18,062 nucleotides of DNA from Bryobacterales bacterium (lineage in GTDB: Bacteria; Acidobacteriota; Terriglobia; Bryobacterales; Bryobacteraceae). Below, in pieces: positions 1 through 7,709 of the stretch (the first letter of the stretch is position 1; the number at the start of each line of letters is the position of its first letter). The notes beneath the pieces were generated by a model. The model had not been told where the DNA came from. It ran no database searches and worked only from the letters and a program-made list of their open reading frames with translations. The stretch spans positions 1 to 18,062 of the forward strand of contig JAEUQD010000162.1 in NCBI GenBank assembly GCA_016789925.1. Reading direction: 5' to 3'. Made by a program: the position numbers and the translations under genes.

Positions 1-350
1 GGCTTCACGTCGCGCGCGAATTCGGCGTAGCCCGTCGAGGCGATCTTGGAGTTACCGGTTACTTCTTCAGTGGTGATTGTGAAAGGTTCTCCCGCGCGGA
101 GTTCACAGCCGCCACCCTCAAAGATTCCCAGCCGGATCTTCGGACCCTGAAGGTCCAGCAGAATCCCAACATACTTCTTTTCCTGCGCTGAGATCTCCCG
201 CACAAGCCTGACGCGCCCCGCGCGTTCCTCCACCGTCCCATGCGAGGCGTTCAGACGAAATACATCCACGCCTGCCTGCACCAATCGCCGGATTACTTCC
301 GCGTCATCGCTCGACGGCCCGAGTGTCGCGACGATCTTGGTATTTCTCAG
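1..350 (-). CDS. pyk: Pyruvate kinase, N-terminal ~116 aa. The gene continues beyond the window start, so its 3' end is not in the window.
   Basis: The minus-strand frame, open from 350 to 1, reads (L)RNTKIVATLGPSSDDAEVIRRLVQAGVDVFRLNASHGTVEE...ILLDLQGPKIRLG, which are classic pyruvate kinase N-terminal motifs. The ORF track omits it because its stop lies outside the window. There is no in-frame ATG/GTG/TTG between the upstream TAG (revcomp of 384-386) and the conserved KIVATLGP. The candidate start is CTG at 348-350, 5 nt after GGAGGGG. ATT at 369-371 is an alternative. Confidence 0.8.
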   Translation of the reverse strand, partial: MRNTKIVATLGPSSDDAEVIRRLVQAGVDVFRLNASHGTVEERAGRVRLVREISAQEKKYVGILLDLQGPKIRLGIFEGGGCELRAGEPFTITTEEVTGNSKIASTGYAEFARDVK

Positions 351-408
351 AGTCCCCTCCCGCGCGACAATGCGGCGCGCCGCTTGCTACCATAATGCAA
401 CTCCCATT

Positions 409-1236
409 ATGTCTTTGCTTCAGGTAACGGTGCTCGCCGCTATTCAAGGATTCACCGAGTTCCTGCCGATCTCCAGTTCCGCTCACCTGGCGTTGGCCCC
501 CTGGCTGCTCGGATGGAAAGATCAAGGCCTGGCGTTTGATATCGCCCTGCATCTGGGCACTTTGGCGGCTGTCCTGGTCTATTTTTTCCGGGACTGGCTT
601 CAGATTCTGGCCCAGGGTTTTGGCCTGCGCTTCGGGCACGATCCGGAGTTGAAGCGGAACCCGACGATGCTTTGGCTTCTTGCGCTGGGTTCGCTGCCCA
701 TCGGAGTGCTCGGCTATATCTTCAAGGAACACGCGGAGACCACGCTCCGGTCGCCTTTCGTGATCGCCACCATGCTGATTGCAGTCGCGATCCTGATGGC
801 CATCGCGGAGCGTGCCTCACGCCGGCAGAAGACGATCGAACATGTCAACACGTTCGATGCCCTGGCAATCGGACTTGCCCAGGCGATCGCGATCATCCCC
901 GGTACTTCGCGTTCAGGGATCACGATCACCGCCGGCCTCGCTCGCAATCTTGAACGGGCCGCGGCCGCCCGGTTCTCCTTTCTGCTCTCGACGCCCGCCA
1001 TCGCCGCGGCTGGCGCAAAGGCATTTTACGATCTTCACAAGGCAGGCGGCGTTCCGCCGGACATGACGGTCCCGTTCATTCTTGGTATATTCCTGTCGGC
1101 GATCAGCGGCCTGGCTGCCATCGGATTTCTCATGCGCTACCTTCGCCACGCCAGTCTTCACGTGTTCATCTACTACAGAATCGTGTTTGGTATCATAGTG
1201 TTCGCTCTGGCTATTCTCCGCTCCCCGGCGGAATGA
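409..1236 (+). CDS. uppP: Undecaprenyl-diphosphate phosphatase (BacA/UppP family)
   Basis: MSLLQVTVLAAIQGFTEFLPISSSAHL matches the BacA N-terminal signature (GLTEFLPVSSTGH), and PGTSRSGITI matches the second conserved motif. It is a polytopic membrane protein. ATG at 409 gives a canonical-length N-terminus. The ORF-track TTG at 337 would overlap the divergent pyk start region. Confidence 0.85.
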   Translation: MSLLQVTVLAAIQGFTEFLPISSSAHLALAPWLLGWKDQGLAFDIALHLGTLAAVLVYFFRDWLQILAQGFGLRFGHDPELKRNPTMLWLLALGSLPIGVLGYIFKEHAETTLRSPFVIATMLIAVAILMAIAERASRRQKTIEHVNTFDALAIGLAQAIAIIPGTSRSGITITAGLARNLERAAAARFSFLLSTPAIAAAGAKAFYDLHKAGGVPPDMTVPFILGIFLSAISGLAAIGFLMRYLRHASLHVFIYYRIVFGIIVFALAILRSPAE

Positions 1237-3659
1237 ACATTCTTGGTCCTACCCCGTTGAAGCGTCTCAACGAAGCAGGGGGTGTGGTGTGGCTCTTCGC
1301 AGCCATCTTTACCACGCTGGCTCTCATTTCCTACTATCCTCAGGATCCCTCCTGGAATACGGCTACAGCTGATGTGCCGGCGCACAATTTGGTCGGTTCC
1401 GTCGGGGCGCATTTTTCCGATTTCGCGTTTCAGGCGTTCGGACTCAGCGCTTTTGCCGTGCCCCTCTTCCTCGTCGCGCTGGCCTGGCAGTGGATTCGCT
1501 CGGTGGAAATCGGCGCGCAGGGCGTGAAGATCTTCGGCGCGGGCATGTTCTGGCTGAGCGCCTCAGCGATGTTCGGGCTGGGTCCGGACTGGCGCTTGTT
1601 TGATGAGTCGATCGCCCCTGGTGGATTGACGGGCGCGCTACTGGCGCAATTTCTGCTGCGACACCTCAATCTGACCGGGTCGGTCCTTGTTACCAGCACG
1701 GTCCTGCTGCTTTCGCTGTACCTGATCTCCAGCTTCTCGCTCTATCACTTGCCGGAATGGATGCTGCGTCCGAGATGGCTGGAGGGCTGGCGCGAGCGTT
1801 GGTTCCAGTGGCTCGAGTCCAGCCGCCGGCGCAAGCAGGAGCGCCGCGCGGCCCGCGAGGAGGCCAGTCGCAACCCACAGTCCATCGACGAGCCCGCACC
1901 GGTCCGCCGCCGTTCTGAGACTTACACGGGCGGGGAGACGGACGGCTATGAAATCCCGATTCGCACGTTGGACGACCTGGGCGGCAGCCAAACCGGTTCT
2001 GCGCCGGCACCGCAAGGAAACCAGGCTGAGCTGGAACACGATCCGGACCCGCCGGTGGTGGAATACATGCCGCCGCCACCCGCCGCCAGCAGCCGCCCGC
2101 CGTGGGAAGAACCACCGCTGGTGGCGCCGGTGCTCGGGCACGAACTACACGGGACGCCGCGTCGTGCCGCACCCATCACCTACCGGATGCCGTCGACCAA
2201 GCTGCTCAATGAGACGGAAGCGCGCAGCCCTTACGACACGCAGGAACTGAAGGACACGGCGGTACGCATCAAGCAGAAGTTCGAAGAATTCAACGTGCTG
2301 GGCAACGTCGTCCAGATCAACCCCGGCCCGGTCGTAACCACGTTTGAGTTCAAGCCCGAGGCTGGCATCAAATACAGCCGCATCACGACGCTGACCGAAG
2401 ATCTGTGCCTCGGCTTGCAGGCCGAGTCGATCCTCATTGAGCGAATTCCCGGCAAACCCACTGTGGGAATCGAAGTTCCGAACTCGCGGCGCGAGACGAT
2501 CGGTTTGCGCCAGATGCTGGAATCCGACGAGTTCATCAACTCTCCGTCGAAATTGACCATCGCGCTGGGCAAGGACATCAGCGGCCGCATCAAGATTGCG
2601 CCGCTCGAGGCAATGCCGCACCTGCTGATTGCCGGATCCACTGGATCCGGTAAGAGCGTCATGCTGAACTCGCTCATCATGTCGGTGCTGTACAAGTCCA
2701 CTCCCGCCGAAGTACGGATGATCCTGATCGATCCGAAGCGCGTGGAAATGGGACTCTACGAGAACATCCCGCACTTGTTGACGCCCGTGATCACAGACCC
2801 GCGCAAGGCCACCAATACGCTGCGGAATGCGGTGCTCGAAATGGAGCGCCGGTTGAAGTTGCTGGCCTCGCAGGGAGTCCGCAACATCGACCAATTCAAC
2901 AAGAAGGTGCGGCAGAAACTCCAAACGTCCAGGCCGCTGTTTGACGACCTGGAGCCGATCGAGGATGAACTGCAACCGCTCTCCTACATCCTGATCGTCA
3001 TCGACGAGTTGGCCGATCTGATGATGATCGAGCGCGCTAACGTCGAGGAATCGATCACGCGTTTGGCGCAAATGGCGCGCGCCGTGGGCATGCACCTGGT
3101 GGTCGCCACACAGCGCCCATCGGTTGACGTGATTACCGGGTTGATCAAAGCGAATTTCCCGGCCCGCGTTTCCTTCCGCGTGGCGACTCGCGTGGATTCC
3201 CGAACGATTCTCGACGTCATGGGCGCCGAACACTTGCTCGGCAAAGGCGACATGTTATTCCTGCCGCCCGGCTCGGCGCGGCTGGTTCGCGTGCACGCGC
3301 CCTATGTAACGGAATCGGAGATCGCGCAGGTGACTGAGTTCTGGAAGGAGCAGGCATCGCCCGATTACGACCAGAGCTACCTGCTCGCTCCCCCGTCCGA
3401 CGAAGATGACGCGGAGCCGGACGACCTCGCCGACTTCAACGACCCTGCATACGAAGACGCCATCCGCGTTGTCCTCGAAGTAGGCAAAGCTTCGACGTCG
3501 GTGCTGCAACGCCGCCTCCGTCTGGGGTACGGACGCGCCGCGCGGATCCTCGACAAGATGCACCGTGACGGCATCATCGGTCCGTCCGACGGGCCCCGGC
3601 CCCGTGACATCTTGAAGCGTCCCGACTGGCTCGACGACATCAAGGAACCGGTCCGCTAG
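1233..3659 (+). CDS. ftsK: DNA translocase FtsK/SpoIIIE, with N-terminal TM domain, Pro-rich linker, RecA-like motor and C-terminal gamma winged helix
   Basis: N-terminal hydrophobic helices are present. Walker A is LIAGSTGSGKSV and Walker B region is ILIVIDELADLM. The C-terminal STSVLQRRLRLGYGRAARILDKMHRDGIIGP is the gamma/KOPS-binding domain. The start overlaps the uppP stop by 4 nt (ATGA). Confidence 0.9.
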   Translation: MNILGPTPLKRLNEAGGVVWLFAAIFTTLALISYYPQDPSWNTATADVPAHNLVGSVGAHFSDFAFQAFGLSAFAVPLFLVALAWQWIRSVEIGAQGVKIFGAGMFWLSASAMFGLGPDWRLFDESIAPGGLTGALLAQFLLRHLNLTGSVLVTSTVLLLSLYLISSFSLYHLPEWMLRPRWLEGWRERWFQWLESSRRRKQERRAAREEASRNPQSIDEPAPVRRRSETYTGGETDGYEIPIRTLDDLGGSQTGSAPAPQGNQAELEHDPDPPVVEYMPPPPAASSRPPWEEPPLVAPVLGHELHGTPRRAAPITYRMPSTKLLNETEARSPYDTQELKDTAVRIKQKFEEFNVLGNVVQINPGPVVTTFEFKPEAGIKYSRITTLTEDLCLGLQAESILIERIPGKPTVGIEVPNSRRETIGLRQMLESDEFINSPSKLTIALGKDISGRIKIAPLEAMPHLLIAGSTGSGKSVMLNSLIMSVLYKSTPAEVRMILIDPKRVEMGLYENIPHLLTPVITDPRKATNTLRNAVLEMERRLKLLASQGVRNIDQFNKKVRQKLQTSRPLFDDLEPIEDELQPLSYILIVIDELADLMMIERANVEESITRLAQMARAVGMHLVVATQRPSVDVITGLIKANFPARVSFRVATRVDSRTILDVMGAEHLLGKGDMLFLPPGSARLVRVHAPYVTESEIAQVTEFWKEQASPDYDQSYLLAPPSDEDDAEPDDLADFNDPAYEDAIRVVLEVGKASTSVLQRRLRLGYGRAARILDKMHRDGIIGPSDGPRPRDILKRPDWLDDIKEPVR

Positions 3660-3705
3660 CCCCCTTCCCCAGTGGGCTGGGTGCGCGGATACAATATAGC
3701 CACAT

Positions 3706-4245
3706 ATGCAACGTCGAGAGTTTCTGAAACTCATTCCGCCGGTGCTCGCGGCCGGCTACCCGCTCGCGGCTCAGAAAGGGGATGTCCCCTACGTACCGAC
3801 TCCGGAAGAAGTTGTGGACCAGATGTTGAAACTGGCCGGTGTCGGCAAGAACGACATACTCTACGACTTGGGCTGTGGGGATGGGCGGATTGTCATCACC
3901 GCCGCCAAGCAGTTTGGGGCCAAGGGTGTTGGTATCGATATCGACCCCGAGCGCATTCAGGAAGCCAACGAAAATGCCAGGCAGGCGGGAGTTGCCGAGC
4001 GGACCCGCTTTATCGAGAAGGACCTTTTCGAGGCGGACATCCGGGAAGCGACCGTCGTTACCCTCTACCTGCTGCCCAGCGTCAACGAGAAGCTTCGGCC
4101 CAAACTCTACAAGGAGCTGAAACCCGGCACGCGGGTTGTCTCCCACCAGTTTGATATGGGTGACTGGAAACCCGAGAAAAAGGTCGAGATCGGCTACCGC
4201 ACCATCTATCTCTGGAAGGTTCCCGCTTCCGCCTCGGGCGGCTGA
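3706..4245 (+). CDS. Small class I SAM-dependent methyltransferase with an N-terminal twin-arginine (Tat) signal peptide
   Basis: MQRREFLKLIPPVLAAGYPLAAQKGD has the Tat consensus RRxFLK, a short h-region and an AxA-like cleavage site (LAA|QK). The SAM-binding motif I is ILYDLGCGDGRIV, followed by the acidic motif II GIDID. The mature domain is about 150 aa. Confidence 0.7.
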   Translation: MQRREFLKLIPPVLAAGYPLAAQKGDVPYVPTPEEVVDQMLKLAGVGKNDILYDLGCGDGRIVITAAKQFGAKGVGIDIDPERIQEANENARQAGVAERTRFIEKDLFEADIREATVVTLYLLPSVNEKLRPKLYKELKPGTRVVSHQFDMGDWKPEKKVEIGYRTIYLWKVPASASGG

Positions 4246-5771
4246 TTGGGCTTCTTGCCGACGCCTAGTTGCTCCATCACCGACGGTATGTTTAGGCCCA
4301 GGGCCTCCAACTGCTGGAGAAATTGAAACACCACTGCCGGGGCTGTCTGCGCCAGGCGATGCGCACCGCCGCCCCCTTGGCCCTGATCGATCACGACCAG
4401 CTTGTCGATGTTCCCCATCGGGCTCGCCACCGCTCCGAACACTCCGGCCGACGCTTCGATGATCGCCGGCATCTTTTCGAGGATTGTCTGCAATCGCGCC
4501 GATTCGTTGAATTCCTTCCAGGCCTCGGCCTTACGCAGAATCGCCGTGGCTTCGGCCACGCCCTGCGCTTCAATCGCTTTCGCCTGGGCCAGTCCGATGG
4601 CCTCGATTTTGGCTGCTTCGGCCTTCCCCTCGGATTCCAGCGCCGACGCGCGGCCCAGGCCCTCCATCCGTAGCCGCTCCTGTTCGGCTTGCGCAATGGC
4701 GATCAACGCCGCCCGCCGGCCTTCCGCCTCCAACATCTGCGACGTCTTGGTCGCCTCGGCCCGTACAACCACCGCCTGCCGTTCCGCATCCGCCGGCTTG
4801 ATCACCGTCGCTTCCAGCTCTTTTTGCCGCCGGAGCACTTCCTGCTCCTGCACCGAGATCTGCTCTTGCGTCCGCGTCTTGTCGACCTTGACCTCTTCGG
4901 CCACCACCGCCTGCCGGGCCCTGGCCTGCGAGAGGGGGCCCGCCTGCGCCGCTTTCGCTTTCTCGGTCTCCACTTCCGCCAAATATTGCGCCTGGCGGAT
5001 CGACAGGTCCCGTTGCGCCATCGCGATCTCGGCGTCCGCGGCCAATTTTGCCCGTTCGCCCTCCTGGAGCGCCTGCGCCGATCGGATCTTGGCGTCCCGC
5101 GTGGCTTCCGCCTCGCCAATCGTCGCGTCCCGCTTCACCTCCGCGGTGCGCCGCTTGCCGAGCGCGTTCAGATAGTCTTCTTCGTCGCTGACTTCCTGAA
5201 TCGTCAGTACGTCCACGCCCAGTCCCATCTTTTCCAGATCCGCGGCCGCCTCCGAGGTCAGCTTCTGCGCGAAGCTGCCGCGGTCGCTGTTGACCTCCTC
5301 CACCGTCAGCGTCCCCAGAATCGACCGCAAGTGCCCTTCCAGCGTTTGGAAGATCACCCTCTGCATGTTATCGTGCGTCATCCCGAGAAAACGTTCGGCC
5401 GCCGCATGCATCGCCGTCTCGTCACTGCGGATCTTGACGTTGGCAACCGCCTTAACCGACATCGGGACACCCTTCAACGTGTAGGCCCGCTTGATCTCCA
5501 GCGGAATCGTCATCACGTTCAACGAGAGGTAATCCACCTTTTCCAGCAGCGGAATCCGCAGGGCCGCGCCTCCGCGCACCATCCGGTACCCCACTGTACG
5601 CCCGTCCGTTAGCGCTCGCTTGCGCCCGCTGAACACGGCGACCATGTTGGGCGCCACTTTAATGTAGTTCCGGCTGAAGAGTCCCGCGGCAATGAACAAT
5701 GCCAGCAGAACGAAAAGGATAATGACCGGCAGCATCAAGCCGCCCAATTCGGCAAACATAGTATCCTCCAA
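4206..5771 (-). CDS. Flotillin / SPFH-domain protein (YqiK/FloT-like) with a long Ala/Glu-rich coiled-coil
   Basis: An N-terminal TM helix (LMLPVIILFVLLALFIAAGLF) is followed by an SPFH/band-7 domain, then extended EA-rich heptad repeats (AEATRDAKIRSAQALQEGERAKLAADAEIAMAQRD...) typical of the flotillin domain. GGAGGA lies 7 nt upstream of the ATG. Confidence 0.85.
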   Translation of the reverse strand: MEDTMFAELGGLMLPVIILFVLLALFIAAGLFSRNYIKVAPNMVAVFSGRKRALTDGRTVGYRMVRGGAALRIPLLEKVDYLSLNVMTIPLEIKRAYTLKGVPMSVKAVANVKIRSDETAMHAAAERFLGMTHDNMQRVIFQTLEGHLRSILGTLTVEEVNSDRGSFAQKLTSEAAADLEKMGLGVDVLTIQEVSDEEDYLNALGKRRTAEVKRDATIGEAEATRDAKIRSAQALQEGERAKLAADAEIAMAQRDLSIRQAQYLAEVETEKAKAAQAGPLSQARARQAVVAEEVKVDKTRTQEQISVQEQEVLRRQKELEATVIKPADAERQAVVVRAEATKTSQMLEAEGRRAALIAIAQAEQERLRMEGLGRASALESEGKAEAAKIEAIGLAQAKAIEAQGVAEATAILRKAEAWKEFNESARLQTILEKMPAIIEASAGVFGAVASPMGNIDKLVVIDQGQGGGGAHRLAQTAPAVVFQFLQQLEALGLNIPSVMEQLGVGKKPNQPPEAEAGTFQR

Positions 5772-5785
5772 GCACCTAAACGTTG

Positions 5786-6331
5786 CTATTGCGGCCGGAC
5801 AATCACGATCTCTCCCAATACTTGAACAACTTGCACGATCGTGTTCTCGCCAATCGCCGTGCCATCCTGCGACCGTGCCATCTTATCAACAAGTTCCTCC
5901 CCGACCTGGCACCGGACCTGGCCCATGCCGCCCACCGGAACCCCAACGACAATCCGGCCGGTCTTTCCCGCCAGATCGACGGTCTTCAGTTCCGTCGATG
6001 CCTGCTGGCCATACAGGAATCGGGCAAAGGAATAAATCACCATCGCGCATGTCAACCCGCTCAGGAACCCAATCCCCGACGCTGGAAGCACCGACAACCC
6101 GTAGTGAATTCCAATGGCCCCAAATCCACCGAATCCCGTGATGAAGACGCTCAGCACGCGCATGCTGAAGAAACTCGGGCCCCCATGGCCCAGGCCGGAA
6201 TCCCAGGTGTCGTCGCCGAAGTGCTCGAAGATTTCTCCAAACACAAACGACGCGAGCAGAACTGAGAAACCAATCGCGGCAATGCCTAAGAAGACGGTAA
6301 ATGCCGAGAACTGTCCCAGGAGATCAGACAC
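5786..6331 (-). CDS. NfeD/YqiJ-like membrane protein, the usual operon partner of flotillin
   Basis: The N-terminal half is hydrophobic and Gly-rich (three TM segments). The C-terminal part is a soluble beta-rich (OB-fold-like) segment, TGRIVVGVPVGGMGQVRCQVGEELV...IVRP. It lies immediately upstream of, and co-directional with, the flotillin gene with a 14-nt gap. The start is GTG at 6331, the first start after an in-frame TAG. Confidence 0.65.
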   Translation of the reverse strand: MSDLLGQFSAFTVFLGIAAIGFSVLLASFVFGEIFEHFGDDTWDSGLGHGGPSFFSMRVLSVFITGFGGFGAIGIHYGLSVLPASGIGFLSGLTCAMVIYSFARFLYGQQASTELKTVDLAGKTGRIVVGVPVGGMGQVRCQVGEELVDKMARSQDGTAIGENTIVQVVQVLGEIVIVRPQ

Positions 6332-6488
6332 AGAAGACCACTACCTCCGTTCTCGGTGAGTCTACCGCGTTTCCGTTCCACATGTCCCGGGTGGCGGGCA
6401 AAAGGGCGATCCCTCATGCTACACTTGAGGAGTTTGCAGCCCGCCCCGTAACGGATCTTCCTTCCTGGGGCACCCAAGGATCCAACTT

Positions 6489-6683
6489 ATGACGAAGCTC
6501 AAAACGCATAAAGGAGCGGCCAAGCGCTTCAAGAAGACCGGGACTGGCAAGATCAAGCGCCGTCACGCGTTTGCACGCCACATCCTCACTTCCAAAGCGC
6601 GCTCCCGGAAACGTCGCCTGTCGCAGGGCGTCATGGCGGATTCCACTAACGTTCCGGCCATCATGGAAATGCTGCCCTACTAG
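6489..6683 (+). CDS. rpmI: 50S ribosomal protein L35
   Basis: [34 protein letters not shown] is the canonical L35 sequence. Confidence 0.95.
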   Translation: MTKLKTHKGAAKRFKKTGTGKIKRRHAFARHILTSKARSRKRRLSQGVMADSTNVPAIMEMLPY

Positions 6684-6755
6684 AAGGGCATCGCGGCGCG
6701 GCCGGGCCCTTTTGCACGTGCCCGTTTCGCCCGCATTAGAGTCAAGGAGGAAAAC

Positions 6756-7118
6756 GTGCCTAGAGTAAAACGCGGGACAACCCGCACCGATAGCCGCAAG
6801 AAAGTTCTCAAACTTGCCAAGGGCTATTTTCTCACCAAGAGCAAGTTGCACCGGGCCGCGCAGGAGGCCGTCGAGAAGGCGTTGCGCTATGGCTACGTGG
6901 GCCGCAAGCTCAAGAAGCGCAGCTACCGCTCGCTCTGGATTGTCCGTATTGGGGCGTCCTGCCGCATGAACGGCATTTCGTATTCGCGGTTCATGGACGG
7001 GCTGAAGAAGGCGGGTATCGAACTGAACCGTAAGGTTCTGGCCGACATCGCCGTCAACGACGCGACTTCCTTCGGACAATTGGTGGGCAAGGCGAAAGCC
7101 GCCCTCGGGCTCAGCTAG
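6756..7118 (+). CDS. rplT: 50S ribosomal protein L20
   Basis: [26 protein letters not shown]...SLWIVRI is canonical L20. The start is GTG, with AAGGAGG 8 nt upstream. Confidence 0.95.
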   Translation: MPRVKRGTTRTDSRKKVLKLAKGYFLTKSKLHRAAQEAVEKALRYGYVGRKLKKRSYRSLWIVRIGASCRMNGISYSRFMDGLKKAGIELNRKVLADIAVNDATSFGQLVGKAKAALGLS

Positions 7119-7132
7119 AGAGGGACATCTCG

Positions 7133-7393
7133 ATGGAACAGGCCGACGCGCTCGCCGTTCTGGAACAGAAGATCATGCGGGCCGCCGAAATGGTGGCCCA
7201 ACTCCGCCAGGAGCGAGACGACGCTCTGGATGCGGCCGGCGAAGCCGAAACGCTGCGCAGCCGGCTCAACGACGTGACGCGGGAACTGGAAACGGCCAAG
7301 TCCGAACGCGATGCCTTGCGTGCGGATAAGGATGTCGTCCGCAAACGCCTGGAGAAACTTCTCGAACAGATTGACGCCATCGGCGCGAGTTGA
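7133..7393 (+). CDS. Small coiled-coil protein, ZapB-like cell-division factor
   Basis: This 86-aa all-helical heptad protein (LAVLEQKIMRAAEMVAQLRQERDDAL...) resembles the ZapB pattern ([26 protein letters not shown]). It sits immediately upstream of, and overlapping, zapA. Confidence 0.5.
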   Translation: MEQADALAVLEQKIMRAAEMVAQLRQERDDALDAAGEAETLRSRLNDVTRELETAKSERDALRADKDVVRKRLEKLLEQIDAIGAS

Positions 7394-7701
7394 GTCCTGG
7401 TTCGGTATACTCTATTTCAACCGTGGACGACTCGCCCGACAAGAAACAGGTTCGCGTCAGCATTCTGAATCAGTCGTTTACCCTGATCACGTCCGGGGAT
7501 CCCCAGGAAATGGTGGACCTCGCCAATCAGGTGGACGACTTGATGAATTCCATCGCGCGGCGCTCCCCCAATCTCGATTCGACGCGAGTCGCGGTTTTCG
7601 CCTGTCTGCATCTGGCTGACCAGTTGCGTTCCCAGAAGCACGCCCTTGACAGTCGCGTCCGCGAGGTAACGGCGCTGCTTGATCAGGCTCTTGATTCCTA
7701 A
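7390..7701 (+). CDS. zapA: Cell division protein ZapA
   Basis: VRVSILNQSFTLITSGDPQEMVDLANQVDDLMNSIARRSPNLDSTRVAVFACLHLADQL follows the ZapA pattern (v-V-I-lG-sY-l-c...A-lvd-km-ei...aalnia-el). The TTG start at 7390 overlaps the preceding stop (TTGA). In-frame GTG at 7423 is an alternative start. Confidence 0.75.
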   Translation: MSPGSVYSISTVDDSPDKKQVRVSILNQSFTLITSGDPQEMVDLANQVDDLMNSIARRSPNLDSTRVAVFACLHLADQLRSQKHALDSRVREVTALLDQALDS

Positions 7702-7709
7702 GGAGAGTT

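Noticed and set aside
337-408. A 24-codon N-terminal extension of uppP from TTG at 337
   Set aside because: It adds a non-hydrophobic extension not seen in BacA/UppP proteins and overlaps the divergent pyk start and Shine-Dalgarno. ATG at 409 gives the canonical N-terminus.
59-732. Minus-strand ORFs 59..241 and 304..732
   Set aside because: They are in the wrong frame relative to the unmistakable pyruvate kinase reading frame on the same strand, and 304..732 overlaps uppP. These are GC-rich artefacts.
2145-3233. A 362-aa minus-strand ORF, plus 1638..2141, 1690..2172 and 2231..2701 minus-strand ORFs
   Set aside because: All lie antisense inside the well-supported ftsK gene. Their translations are Arg/Gly/Pro-rich low-complexity sequences typical of spurious open frames in about 65% GC DNA.
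4300-5200. Apparent GCC/GCG/GAG-rich repetitive DNA that could be mistaken for a tandem repeat or CRISPR-like array
   Set aside because: The periodicity is codon-level and encodes the Ala/Glu-rich flotillin coiled coil. There are no identical direct repeats with unique spacers.
4402-5612. Long plus-strand ORFs (4402..5175, 4689..5612) and an Arg-rich minus-strand ORF (4802..5119) in the flotillin region
   Set aside because: They overlap the flotillin CDS, which has clear SPFH and EA-repeat homology. The alternative translations are Arg/Ser/Ala homopolymer-like and have no domain features.
6286-6492. Two 63-aa ORFs (6286..6477 minus strand, 6301..6492 plus strand) in the nfeD/rpmI divergent region
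   Set aside because: They overlap each other and the nfeD-like start, and have no Shine-Dalgarno or motif support. The region is more plausibly regulatory.
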